Origin: Vibrio vulnificus CMCP6
GTDB lineage: Bacteria; Pseudomonadota; Gammaproteobacteria; Enterobacterales; Vibrionaceae
DNA: 32,000 nucleotides
Assembly: GCF_000039765.1 (NCBI RefSeq)
Contig: NC_004460.2
Coordinates: forward strand, 1,080,001 to 1,112,000
Direction: 5' to 3'
Shown here in pieces: positions 18,248 through 29,548 of the stretch (position 1 is the first letter of the stretch; every line of letters starts with the position of its first letter). The position numbers were made by a program, and so were the translations under genes. Below the pieces are notes generated by a model. It saw only the letters and a program-made list of their open reading frames with translations, made no database searches and was not told the DNA's origin.

Positions 18248-18384
18248 GTCTCCGCCACCGCGAAATATCTGCAGGATTAACCTACCGAAACAGATTACGC
18301 TTAACTCAACGCTTCTAAGAAATGCGAGCGCTTTGATGGGTTCGAAGTTGTTCAAAGCCTCTCCCCTCACAAAATTTACAGTGT

Positions 18385-18410
18385 AAAAAAGGGCACTGTT
18401 TCCAGTGCCC
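18385..18410 (-). terminator. Intrinsic terminator of the minus-strand amino-sugar operon
   Basis: GGGCACTG(18391-18398)/CAGTGCCC(18403-18410), 4-nt loop; minus strand continues into TTTTTT (18390-18385). Confidence 0.88.
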
Positions 18411-18456
18411 GACTAATACCAAATTAGGGGGAAGTATTAGTAAAGTGAAACGGTAA

Positions 18457-20484
<2,028 letters not shown>

Positions 20485-20495
<11 letters not shown>

Positions 20496-20940
20496 CTTCT
20501 TCTACCACTGCACTCGGTTGTGTGGCGGCTTGTTGCGCTTTCAGTGCCATTTCCGCCGCTAAAGAGGTGATGCCACGATGGCCACATTCCACCGCCATCT
20601 CACGAAACGCGGTTAAGGTCAGCTCGTCGCGCTCAAGCAACATTTCGGCGGCCATTTGCATGTTGGTGCCCGTCACGACTTCGATATCATCGCGCTCTTG
20701 GCTCAGCAAGGAAGCGGTACGAAATGGTGTGCCGCCCAGTAAATCGGTGAGAAAAACAATGCCATCACCGCTGTCGATTTCCTCAATCGCTTGGCGCATG
20801 GCCACTTCCAACTGAGGCGTGGTCATCTGCTCTGGGAAATCGAGGAATCGAAACTGCTCTTGCTCGCCAATCACTTGTGCAATGGCTTGAGCGATGCCAG
20901 AGGCAAACCCGCCGTGACCCGATAAAATTACCGCTATCAT
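20485..20940 (-). CDS. agaF: PTS mannose-family EIIA component (AgaF-like)
   Basis: MIAVILSGHGGFASGIAQAI (phospho-His), IVFLTDLLGGTPFRTA. Confidence 0.87.
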
Positions 20941-21020
20941 ATTTGGTTCCTTCTTGGGGCTGGCGTACCAGCCCCGTTTTTACTGCGTTATCTTTCGTTG
21001 TTGTTGCGATGTATCCGCGC

Positions 21021-21911
21021 TTATAGGAAGCCCATAAAGCGACCCACGACACCCAATGTCACCGTGATGGCAATCAGTTTGAGTGGGCTCCAACCACGTT
21101 TCACCAATGCGTACATCGCCAAGGTGTAAAGCAGTGGTAGGAAGGCTGGCATTAGCTTGTCGATCACATCGGCTTGCAGTTTCACCACGGCGTCACCGGC
21201 GGTAATTTCTGCGGTGGTTGAGAGGCGAACGTAAGTGGCCACCAGCGCACCAATCACCGTCATACCCACCATGGAAGCAGCGTGACCCACTTTCTTGGTG
21301 TTGGCTTTGATCATCGGAATCGCCGCCACACCCATGCGGTAGGCGTAGTGCGCCAAACCGAAGCGCAAACCAAAATGCACCACGTTAAACAAGACGAAGA
21401 AGAACACCGCGCCCATGATGGAGCCTTGTAGCGCAAGGTCCGCGCCGATACCGCCACAAATTGGCAGCAGGGTTAACCAGAACATCGCATCGCCGATCCC
21501 GCCCATTGGCGCGCCCACGGCAATTTTGGTGCTCTGAATACTGTTGATGTTTTGTTTTGAACGCTCCATCGCCAGTACGATGCCCATCACGAAGGTGACA
21601 AGGAACGGGTGAGTGTTGAAGAAGCCCATGTGCCCTTGCATCGCTTTGGAGAGATCGGCCTTGTTGGTGTGAATTTTCTTCAACGCTGGCAACAAGCCGT
21701 AAAGCCAACCAGACGCTTGCATACGTTCAAAGTTGAACGAGGCTTGCAGTAGCAAAGAGCGCCACGCCATGCGGTTGATGTCTGCTTTCGTCAACTCAGC
21801 GCCAATCTCTTTGTTCTCATATTCGTCCGCCGCCACGCCGGGAGCCGGTCTTACGTCTGGATTCACGTTGTCCAGATCCATTTGTTTGATTACGTTAGAT
21901 TCCATCTTCAA
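21021..21911 (-). CDS. PTS mannose-family EIID component
   Basis: LQASFNFERMQASGWLYGLLPALKKI, GHMGFFNTHPFLVTFVMGIVLAMERSK, STKIAVGAPMGGIGDAMFWLTLLPICGGIGADLALQG. Confidence 0.92.
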   Translation of the reverse strand: MKMESNVIKQMDLDNVNPDVRPAPGVAADEYENKEIGAELTKADINRMAWRSLLLQASFNFERMQASGWLYGLLPALKKIHTNKADLSKAMQGHMGFFNTHPFLVTFVMGIVLAMERSKQNINSIQSTKIAVGAPMGGIGDAMFWLTLLPICGGIGADLALQGSIMGAVFFFVLFNVVHFGLRFGLAHYAYRMGVAAIPMIKANTKKVGHAASMVGMTVIGALVATYVRLSTTAEITAGDAVVKLQADVIDKLMPAFLPLLYTLAMYALVKRGWSPLKLIAITVTLGVVGRFMGFL

Positions 21912-22671
21912 GATCCTCAGCAGGGGCAGTCACAGGAGTCGGTTCTGATTTGCGCATAAAGTCGATAATCGCCATGGCCGTGGCCGCAGAAGCGATCGCC
22001 AAGATAGGCAGCTCAAGCCAAGCGGCAGCAACAAAACCTAAGATGAAGTAAGGGATGTAGGCATTCTTCATCATGATTTTCATCAGTACCGCGAAACCGA
22101 TAGCGGGCATGATGCCACCTGCCACACCTAGGCCATCAATCAGCTCTTTCGGTAGGGCAGAAACCATGGTGCCTGCGTGTTCTGCACCAAGATAGATAGG
22201 TAAAAATGCGCACAGGAAGTAGAAGGTGCCAAGCACAGCAAGCGCGAAGTAGTTAACGCGTTCAATGCCATCGGTGTCGGCGTTTTGTGCGTATTCGTCA
22301 CACTTCGACATCACGGCAGACATCGCAGAGAAGAGCAACGTGATGCCCATTTGCACCGCAACGGCGAACGGTACCGCCACGCCAACCGCCACGTTCGGTT
22401 CCACTTTGGTGGTGATGGCAAAAGTGGTGCCCACAATCGTACCGATGATAACGTTTGGTGGCTGCGCACCCGCTAAAGGCGCCAAGCCCATCCAGATCAG
22501 TTCTAGCGTACCGCCCACCAAAATACCGGTTTGCAGATCGCCCAAGATCAGACCAACGAGAGGACCCAAAACCACAGGTCGGTGGAAGTGAGTCAAGCCA
22601 TTGAAGAGGTCAAGACCGGCCAGAAAGGCCAGTATGCCTAGCAACAATGCCTGTAAGAGTCCTATTTCCAT
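21895..22671 (-). CDS. PTS mannose-family EIIC component
   Basis: MEIGLLQALLLGILAFLAGLDLFNGLTHFHRPVVLGPLVGLILGDLQTGILVGGTLELIWMGLAPLAGAQPPNVIIGTIVG. ATG at 22671; the ORF extends to 22716. Confidence 0.92.
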   Translation of the reverse strand: MEIGLLQALLLGILAFLAGLDLFNGLTHFHRPVVLGPLVGLILGDLQTGILVGGTLELIWMGLAPLAGAQPPNVIIGTIVGTTFAITTKVEPNVAVGVAVPFAVAVQMGITLLFSAMSAVMSKCDEYAQNADTDGIERVNYFALAVLGTFYFLCAFLPIYLGAEHAGTMVSALPKELIDGLGVAGGIMPAIGFAVLMKIMMKNAYIPYFILGFVAAAWLELPILAIASAATAMAIIDFMRKSEPTPVTAPAEDLEDGI

Positions 22672-22687
22672 GATAGATGTCCTTTTA

Positions 22688-23161
22688 TCAGAGTAGAGTA
22701 AAGAGATCGGTTGCACTTTCTGTTGGGACGCCCTGAATGGAGCAGCGCACGCCTAGTGCTTTTAGTTGTTGAAAATCCGCCACGTCTTCGGCATCGACCG
22801 AAACCGTTTTAGAAATCTGTTTTTTACCGTCGGCGTAATGCATGTTGCCGACGTTGATGTTTTGGATCGGCACGCCCCCTTCCACCAACTGGCGAAAATC
22901 TTTCGGTGTACGGCACACCAACAAAATGCGTTGGCGATCGGCCGCTTTGTGGATGGTGTCGATGGTTTTCTGCACCGTCCAAAAACGGATGGCAATGCCA
23001 TCAGCTAACACCATCTCCATCAGATTCTGTTGAATGGTGTCTTGAGCAACGTCATCGTTCACCACCACCACGATATTGGCATCAGCAAACCCGACCCATT
23101 GCACGCCGACTTGGCCATGGACTAAACGTTCATCAATACGACTGAGTACGATATTTGGCAT
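22688..23161 (-). CDS. PTS mannose-family EIIB component
   Basis: MPNIVLSRIDERLVHGQVGVQW with the phospho-acceptor His; ATG at 23161. Confidence 0.92.
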   Translation of the reverse strand: MPNIVLSRIDERLVHGQVGVQWVGFADANIVVVVNDDVAQDTIQQNLMEMVLADGIAIRFWTVQKTIDTIHKAADRQRILLVCRTPKDFRQLVEGGVPIQNINVGNMHYADGKKQISKTVSVDAEDVADFQQLKALGVRCSIQGVPTESATDLFTLL

Positions 23162-23172
23162 GTTCAATTTCC

Positions 23173-24348
23173 TTATAGATTCGAAGTAGATGGTTGTGGA
23201 CGATTGGTGTGAAACGGGTAAATGGTGACCCCTTGAACCACGCGGTTCACTTCCCCTGTTGGGCATGGATTGTCAGGGCCAAAGCCAAGCTGGAGCGATT
23301 TTTCAAACGCCAGCATTTGGCAAAATAGGATGTATGGGAAACAGAGCCAGCGGTCGCCAAGGCCGAGCTGCCCTAACTCGAAGACGTGTTCTTCACTCAA
23401 CGGTTTTTCCGTTAAGGCCACGTGGCGCAGGGCTTGGTTGTCGCGGCGAATTTCGCGCAGCAGATCCAAGTCATACTGGCGGGTGTAGTCATCACTGGAC
23501 AGCAGTTGAACCACCAGCGCTTTGTCATTAATGGTGAATTTTGGCCCATGGCGGAAACCCAGCGAGGAATCAAACGCGGTCATCACTTTGCCTGCGCTCA
23601 ATTCGAGAGATTTGAGCGAAGCTTCGCGCGCCAAACCCGCAAAACCGCCACTGCCAAGTACGATAAGCCGTTCATACGGCAGCGCGGCTAGCTGTTTGAC
23701 CGCTTCTGGCCATTGCGTCAATTTGCTTTCGCACAAAGCCGCCGTCGCGAACATGGCCTCCGCTGAGAATTCACCAAGCAAGGCTAACGTCGACATCAAC
23801 ATGCAGCTAAAGCTCGATGTCATGGCAAAGCTCTTGTCGTTTGAGCCCTCGGGCATCAACACACACAGCGCATTGCTGGCTTGCTGAGCATAGCGAGAGA
23901 GTGCGCCTTCGCCATTGCAGGTCAAAAACAGGTGGTAAGCCTCGTCGACTAACTGATCAACCAGTTTAACGGCCGCCACGCTCTCTGGGCTGTTACCAGA
24001 GCGCGCATAAGAGACCAGTAACGTCGGGCGAGTGGGATCCAAATATTGTTCAGGGTTGGAAACCAAATCCGTCGTTGGAATCGACGCCACTTGAAAACGC
24101 AGATCGGCTTGAATAAACGGCAGCGCCGCATCCCCGACAAACGCAGACGTGCCCGCGCCTGTCAAAATAATGCGTAGATCTTGGCGTGCCAGCAACGGCG
24201 CAAGAAACGCTTCAATGCTTGGCGCTTGCTGCTGCAGAATCTCCGCCAATGCACGCCAAAGTGCGGGCTGATGGCTGATCTCTTGCGCGGTATGAATGCC
24301 GTTGTGCGCTTCAAGCCAAGTGGATGAATAGCCTAAAAAAGTCGTCAT
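23173..24348 (-). CDS. agaS: SIS-domain sugar isomerase/deaminase, AgaS family
   Basis: IILTGAGTSAFVGDAALPF, LLVSYARSGNSPESVAAV, VLGSGGFAGLAREASLKSLELSAG, SSLGFRHGPK. ATG at 24348 overlaps the kbaZ stop (TAATG). Confidence 0.9.
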   Translation of the reverse strand: MTTFLGYSSTWLEAHNGIHTAQEISHQPALWRALAEILQQQAPSIEAFLAPLLARQDLRIILTGAGTSAFVGDAALPFIQADLRFQVASIPTTDLVSNPEQYLDPTRPTLLVSYARSGNSPESVAAVKLVDQLVDEAYHLFLTCNGEGALSRYAQQASNALCVLMPEGSNDKSFAMTSSFSCMLMSTLALLGEFSAEAMFATAALCESKLTQWPEAVKQLAALPYERLIVLGSGGFAGLAREASLKSLELSAGKVMTAFDSSLGFRHGPKFTINDKALVVQLLSSDDYTRQYDLDLLREIRRDNQALRHVALTEKPLSEEHVFELGQLGLGDRWLCFPYILFCQMLAFEKSLQLGFGPDNPCPTGEVNRVVQGVTIYPFHTNRPQPSTSNL

Positions 24349-25655
24349 TAGATGGTCTCCTTGCATACCGCTGCATTGTGGTAACACGCGTCGGAATAGA
24401 GCTGCGTGACCTCCATAATTTTGTGAATGATGATGTCAGCGGGATGGTTACAAATCTGGTTCTGGGCAATGGCTCGTGCCTGCGCTGGCAAATATTGGCT
24501 CAGCAGCGTTGTCGGCAGAGGCTGGGAAATAAGGTGCGTAAACATCGCTTGTTGCGCCGCTTGCACCGCTGGGTGTGTCCAGTAGTAGCGAATGCGGTCG
24601 CTCAAGCTGTAATTGCAATCAAGAAACTGTTGATGGCCTTGGCTTTGATAATGAGAACGCCAATAGTTGGGCTGTTCATGCATCACTTGTTCAATGGTGT
24701 CACGTAGGTGTGAGGCCTGATGAACACCCAGCCACTCTTTTTCAGCGCGATCGAGGGCAAATAGCGCTTCACGCAGTGCAAACGTTAATGCTGGGCCCAC
24801 CTTCAAAATCGCAAAGTGATCACGAACAAGCTCATGATAAGCCGCCGGATTTTGGTAATCGGTCGAGTGTGCTTCAAACACCAAATGCGGCTGAGTGTCG
24901 ATCAGCTGGCTCAGGGCTTGTGCTTGATCACTTTGATAGTGATGCACATGGTGGTGATCAAACTCCACCCCTGGCTGCACCACCAAACCAATCACGCGAG
25001 GCCACACGTAGCCCAGCCCTAAATCACTGAACGCTTGGTGATGCGCGTCAAGCGTCGCCAAAGCTTGCTCTGGTTTGGTCACTTGCAACTCATGTTCTTG
25101 CAGCGATTCCAACGCGCCGCCCGGAGTTGGCACTTCCGTCCCCACAACATACAAAGGCGCTTCGCCCCCACGCGCTTGCCACGCTTGCTCGGCGACTAAA
25201 CAGAGCTGCGCAGCGCGCTCGGCCATCACTTGCTCACTGAGGGGAATGGCATCGCCTTCACACGCCATGGAGCAATCGAGGTGAATTTTGTTAAAACCCG
25301 CCATCACGTAATCGTGAATCAGTTGTGCGGAGTACTCCATCGCTTGTCTTGCGGGTAAATGCTGCCAACAGTTTGGACCAAGATGATCCCCACCCAGCAC
25401 CAAACGCGCTTTCGGGAAATTCAAACGCTCCGCTAAGGTCATTACATAGTCGGCAAACACTTGTGGTGTCATCCCGGTGTAGCCGCCAAACTGGTTTACT
25501 TGGTTTGAGGTTGCTTCAATCAGCACCAACTGACCATCACGCGCCGCTTGTTTGATCGCCGCTTCCAACACCAAAGGGTGTGCGGAACACACTGAGTAAA
25601 TGCCCTTCGCGTGGCCTTGTTTGTGTTGCTGAATTAAAGAAAGTAGCGTTTTCAT
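24348..25655 (-). CDS. kbaZ: D-tagatose-1,6-bisphosphate aldolase non-catalytic subunit (KbaZ/GatZ)
   Basis: KGIYSVCSAHPLVLEAAIKQA, LIEATSNQVNQFGGYTGMTP, LGGDHLGPNCWQ, AGFNKIHLDCSMACEGD, VVGTEVPTPGG. Confidence 0.93.
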   Translation of the reverse strand: MKTLLSLIQQHKQGHAKGIYSVCSAHPLVLEAAIKQAARDGQLVLIEATSNQVNQFGGYTGMTPQVFADYVMTLAERLNFPKARLVLGGDHLGPNCWQHLPARQAMEYSAQLIHDYVMAGFNKIHLDCSMACEGDAIPLSEQVMAERAAQLCLVAEQAWQARGGEAPLYVVGTEVPTPGGALESLQEHELQVTKPEQALATLDAHHQAFSDLGLGYVWPRVIGLVVQPGVEFDHHHVHHYQSDQAQALSQLIDTQPHLVFEAHSTDYQNPAAYHELVRDHFAILKVGPALTFALREALFALDRAEKEWLGVHQASHLRDTIEQVMHEQPNYWRSHYQSQGHQQFLDCNYSLSDRIRYYWTHPAVQAAQQAMFTHLISQPLPTTLLSQYLPAQARAIAQNQICNHPADIIIHKIMEVTQLYSDACYHNAAVCKETI

Positions 25656-25663
25656 GTTTGGTC

Positions 25664-26455
25664 CTAGTTCAACTTACGGTTTGGCGCCATTTGGTCGGCG
25701 AGAATCACTTCAACCCCCATCGCTAGAAGCGCTTCATGGGTGGCATGAGGAATGTGGCTGTCCGTCACCAGCACATCGATTTGGTTGGCAGCGCGGATCA
25801 TGCAAAAGCTTTTGCGGCCAAATTTGCTCGAGTCGGTCACTGCAATCACTTGTCTCGCCACATCGCACATCGCGCGGTTCACTTGCGCTTCGTGGTTGTC
25901 CGGCGTGGTAATGCCCGCTTGCAGATCAAAGCCATCCACACCTAAAAACAATTTGTCGAACAGGTAAGTGCGGATCTGCTGCTCACCGTGATGCCCTGTC
26001 AGCGAGCAAGAAGCACGGCGCAGACTGCCGCCAATGACGTGCAGTTCCACGTTGTCGTTGTGACTCAGTTGGTACGCGGTGTTGAGGGCATTGGTCATCA
26101 CCACCAATTTTTTCTGGGTAAGGTGCTGAGGCATCAAAGCGATGGTGGAGCCGGAGTCCAAAATGATCGCCTCACCATCCCCGATCAGTTGCGCGGCGGC
26201 ATAAGCAATCATCTGTTTGATATCGCGATTGATTTGATCTTTGCGATAAAGCGGCTGGTCGAAAGCAAAGTTGGGATTGAGATTGGCGCCACCATAACAG
26301 CGGAAAACGCATCCCTCTTTTTCCAAGAGATTGAGATCATGACGGATGGTGACTGCCGACACATTAAACGCCAAAGCAAAATCGTCGACTTTGCCACTGC
26401 CGTGTTGTCGGATGTGAGACATAATTCGTTGTCTACGCTCTGCACTGGTCATCAC
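25664..26455 (-). CDS. DeoR-family regulator, AgaR-like (first gene of the amino-sugar operon)
   Basis: N-terminal HTH VSAVTIRHDLNLLEKEGCVFRCYGG, C-terminal DeoRC domain LDSGSTIALM / VMTNALNTAYQL / DKLFLGVDGFD / VTDSSKFGRKSF. Confidence 0.9.
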   Translation of the reverse strand: MMTSAERRQRIMSHIRQHGSGKVDDFALAFNVSAVTIRHDLNLLEKEGCVFRCYGGANLNPNFAFDQPLYRKDQINRDIKQMIAYAAAQLIGDGEAIILDSGSTIALMPQHLTQKKLVVMTNALNTAYQLSHNDNVELHVIGGSLRRASCSLTGHHGEQQIRTYLFDKLFLGVDGFDLQAGITTPDNHEAQVNRAMCDVARQVIAVTDSSKFGRKSFCMIRAANQIDVLVTDSHIPHATHEALLAMGVEVILADQMAPNRKLN

Positions 26456-26463
26456 TTACTCGC

Positions 26464-26693
26464 CTTTCGTTACCTTTCACTTTCCATCAGAAAGCTTTCG
26501 CTCTCTTTTCGTTGTTATTAAAACAGGGCTAAAAAATGAAAAGTGAAAGGGAGATCACAGTGGGTAACCTTTCGTTTTTAGGTCAAAAAACCTTTCGTTT
26601 CACGCAAAGTGAAAGGTTTTACTTTCACTCAAACGGCAGAAAAACCCACCAAACGTAAGGAAAATAAGAAAAACGGAGAAATGAAAGTGAAAG
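26464..26693. promoter_or_regulatory. Cluster of AgaR-like CTTTC/GAAAG operator elements in the operon promoter region
   Basis: CTTTC or its complement at 26464, 26474, 26480, 26490(rc), 26495, 26545(rc), 26569, 26592, 26611(rc), 26622, 26683(rc), 26689(rc); E. coli AgaR operators are CTTTC-rich. Confidence 0.7.
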
Positions 26694-26768
26694 AGAGAGG
26701 ATTGGTCAAAATAGCGGCAGGATTTCACATCGAGACCTGCGTAAGATCACACTTTGTGAAATTGAGAG

Positions 26769-26797
26769 AAAAATAGACCTGCTTTAAAGCAGGTCTA
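26769..26797 (-). terminator. Terminator hairpin overlapping the stop codon of the second DeoR gene
   Basis: Perfect 24-bp palindrome TAGACCTGCTTTAAAGCAGGTCTA (26774-26797), followed on the minus strand by a T-run (26773-26769). Confidence 0.75.
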
Positions 26798-27554
26798 CAA
26801 GGCGAACATCCACCCCCATTTCGGTGAGTTCTCGGTGGTAATCTTCGGGGATGCCACTGTCGGTGATCAGCATATCCAGTTGCTCTGGGCGCGCAATCAG
26901 ACAAAAACTTTGCCGATCAAATTTGCTTGAATCGGTAACCGCAATAACCATTTGTGCTGCCTCAACCATTCTGCGGTTAATGCTGGCTTCGCCAGAATGC
27001 GGCGTTGTCACCCCCGCCAGTTTGTCAAAACCATCAACCCCTAAGAACAGTTTGTTGAAGCGAAATTGCCCCAGCAATGCCTCACCCGATTCGCCATGTA
27101 AGGAATAGGAGTTTTTGCGCATTAAACCACCTGTGACAATCACTTCGATGTTGTCGCGGTTGGCCAAGTGGTAGGCAATGTTGATGGCATTGGTCATCAC
27201 TTTTAGGTGCTGTTTTTCCGTCAAATGAAAAGCAATTTGCTCCGTGGTTGAACCGGAATCCAAAATCAAGGTATCGCCATCTTCCACCAAAGAAGCGGCG
27301 TATTGGCCTAATAAGCTTTTGATGTCTTGATTGATCTGTTTTTTATCCTGAAGGGGCTTATCAAAGGCGAATTGGGCGTTGATCATCGCCCCACCATAGC
27401 AGCGCGTAACACAGCCTTTTTTCTCTAGAATATTGAGATCATTACGAATCGTCACTTCAGAAACCTGATACTTCACCGCAAAGTCGTTCACCGAACCACT
27501 TTGATGTTGCTGAATATGTTTAAGAATCGCGTCGCGGCGCTCGTTGGATGTCAT
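26784..27554 (-). CDS. agaR: Second DeoR-family regulator, AgaR-like paralogue
   Basis: FAVKYQVSEVTIRNDLNILEKKGCVTRCYGGA, ILDSGSTTEQIA, VMTNAINIAYHLA, NKLFLGVDGFDKLAGVTTP, VTDSSKFDRQSF. Which of the two paralogues is orthologous to E. coli AgaR is uncertain. Confidence 0.85.
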   Translation of the reverse strand: MTSNERRDAILKHIQQHQSGSVNDFAVKYQVSEVTIRNDLNILEKKGCVTRCYGGAMINAQFAFDKPLQDKKQINQDIKSLLGQYAASLVEDGDTLILDSGSTTEQIAFHLTEKQHLKVMTNAINIAYHLANRDNIEVIVTGGLMRKNSYSLHGESGEALLGQFRFNKLFLGVDGFDKLAGVTTPHSGEASINRRMVEAAQMVIAVTDSSKFDRQSFCLIARPEQLDMLITDSGIPEDYHRELTEMGVDVRLVDLL

Positions 27555-27642
27555 ACGTTCAATTTGGCAATTTTGTAAATGTGGTCGCAGTTTAGCAGTT
27601 GTTGGTCATGGTCAAAAGAATGCATACCATCTGGGTTTGCGT

Positions 27643-28557
27643 TCAGTCACTTTTTGCTGCACTTTGCATCACCAAACACCCACCGATGAAGGTGATGCCA
27701 AGCCAGCCAAGCGGTGAAATGGACTCGCCGACAACCCACACCGCTAATAGGCTGGCGATCACCGGCTCAAACAAAGTGAGTAAGTTGGCGCTGTGTACTT
27801 CAACATAACGCAGCCCAAAACCAAACAATAAATACCCTACGCACATCGGCAGCAGCGCCATGTAAATTGCCACGCTGGTATTCAGCGGAGTGGCCAATAG
27901 CTGATCGCCTGTCCACGCTAAACTGGGTAACAATAAACTGGCACCAAGCGCAAAAATCGCCCCCACTGCCGCTTGGGATTTTACGCCTTGTAAAATCATC
28001 GCTTTGGCCACCCAAGAGTAGATCGCATAGGCCAAACCGCCCGCCAAACCGAGCAAAATGCCCAGCATATAATTTGCGCCACTTTCACCATGTAGAGGAG
28101 CTTTTGCCGTGGCCAATAACGTAATACCCAGCACGCCAATGGCAAAGCTGAGCCACCAGCGTCGCGAGATGTTCACACCTTGGCCAAAAAGACGCTCTAA
28201 CATCACAGTAAAAAATGGCGCACTGGCGATGGAAATAACCGTACCTACCGCCACGCCCGCCAGTTGCATTGAGGTGTAAAAGGCCAAAGGATAAACCGCT
28301 AAGGCAACGGCACTTATCAGCAGAGGCCGCTTGAACTCAAGCAAAATGCGACATTGATAGACGATGGCACGACGGGCCAAAAACGCTTGCAACAGCCCGC
28401 CAAAGCCCATCGCAAATGCACCTATTGCTAATGGCGATACCGATTGTGTCAAACTGGCTGCCGTACCTGTCGTGCCCCAGAGCACACACGCCAGCAAGAT
28501 CGCCCCACGTCCTTTCGTCTTAGAGGTGATGGAGGAAGCCAATGCCAAATCCGTCAT
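27643..28557 (-). CDS. EamA/DMT-family transporter
   Basis: Ten hydrophobic segments; ILLACVLWGTTGTAASL, APLHGESGANYMLGILLGLAGGLAYAIYSWVAK, VHSANLLTLFEPVIASLLAVWVVGESISPLGWLGITFIGGCLVM. ATG at 28557. Confidence 0.9.
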   Translation of the reverse strand: MTDLALASSITSKTKGRGAILLACVLWGTTGTAASLTQSVSPLAIGAFAMGFGGLLQAFLARRAIVYQCRILLEFKRPLLISAVALAVYPLAFYTSMQLAGVAVGTVISIASAPFFTVMLERLFGQGVNISRRWWLSFAIGVLGITLLATAKAPLHGESGANYMLGILLGLAGGLAYAIYSWVAKAMILQGVKSQAAVGAIFALGASLLLPSLAWTGDQLLATPLNTSVAIYMALLPMCVGYLLFGFGLRYVEVHSANLLTLFEPVIASLLAVWVVGESISPLGWLGITFIGGCLVMQSAAKSD

Positions 28558-28658
28558 CAGGGTTACTCTTTTTGTTAAATGATGACGATATGCTAACCAT
28601 AGAAGAACAGAATAACTTGGCCAAAAGGACGTATTAGTTGATTGTAGAGACGCTCTTT

Positions 28659-29372
28659 TTAAGCGCGACAAAAGGCTCTGGGCGACAAACCAAAATGTCG
28701 CGAGAAACGGCGACTGAAGGCAGAGAGGTCACTATAGCCCACTTGCTCGGCCACACGTTGCACCGGTAAATCGGTATGAGTCAGCAGGGCTTTGGCTTTT
28801 TCCATTCGCAGCGCGGTTATGTATTGCAATGCACTCTCACCGACGCTCTCTTTAAAACGCTTTTTAAATTGGGTTGGGCTTAAGCACGCCCGATTTGCGA
28901 GCAACTCAATGGTGAGCGGCTGGTCGAGATGTTCCACAATGTAGCTTTGCACCGTACGTATCCGCGGCTCCACCACCTGCTTTAAGGCTTGTTGAGTCAA
29001 CAACATCGAGAAAACATCAAGAATCGACGCTTCAATGCCACTGTCGACTTGGAACTCAAGCTGTTTTTCGACAAAAGAGAGAAAGCTCTGTAATGGGGGG
29101 GTAATGCGAAAAACTGGCATCTCACTCTCGTGCAGATGTACAGGCAAAGACAAGAGATCCGCAACGATAAAACGAGCCTCTTCATCGGCTTTGAAAGCAT
29201 GCTGACGACCCGCGCAGATCACAACGCAGTGACCAACGACCACTTTACCCGAGTAGTGCGGCATGGTGATTTCGATGCTGCCCTGTAAAGGCAAAACCAG
29301 CTGATGGTAGTCTTCATGAGTGTGGCTCTGCAGTTGCTTGGTGTACGCGCGAATGCTCAAGCTGTTTTTCAT
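28659..29372 (-). CDS. AraC-family transcriptional regulator
   Basis: N-terminal cupin (HTHEDYHQLVLPLQGSIEI, CAGRQHAFKA), C-terminal HTH LANRACLSPTQFKKRFKESVGESALQYITALRMEKAKALL...VAEQVGYSDLSAFSRRFSRHFGLSPRAF. Confidence 0.92.
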   Translation of the reverse strand: MKNSLSIRAYTKQLQSHTHEDYHQLVLPLQGSIEITMPHYSGKVVVGHCVVICAGRQHAFKADEEARFIVADLLSLPVHLHESEMPVFRITPPLQSFLSFVEKQLEFQVDSGIEASILDVFSMLLTQQALKQVVEPRIRTVQSYIVEHLDQPLTIELLANRACLSPTQFKKRFKESVGESALQYITALRMEKAKALLTHTDLPVQRVAEQVGYSDLSAFSRRFSRHFGLSPRAFCRA

Positions 29373-29548
29373 CGGTTCATTTCCATTGAGACGAAAGGGC
29401 CAGTATATCGGTGGCATCACTGACTGAGCAATTAATCAGCGAAAATGCGCTTTGGTTTTGACGGCTTTACTGAATTTGTCGTAAAACAGACCTTCATCAC
29501 CCAATCAGCCGTTCAAATTGCAGTATGACAACATGAGAATAAGCCGAC

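Noticed and set aside
20783-21052. 89-aa minus-strand ORF across the EIID-EIIA junction
   Set aside because: Overlaps both PTS genes in another frame and only spans the intergenic hairpin; no domain.
22769-23008. Plus-strand ORF opposite the EIIB gene, with several other overlapping short ORFs nearby
   Set aside because: Shadow of the well-supported EIIB coding frame.
26545-26560. Possible CRP site (TGTGATCTCCCTTTCAC on the minus strand)
   Set aside because: The TGTGA and TCAC half-sites are separated by 8 rather than 6 nt, so the match is poor; recorded but not called.
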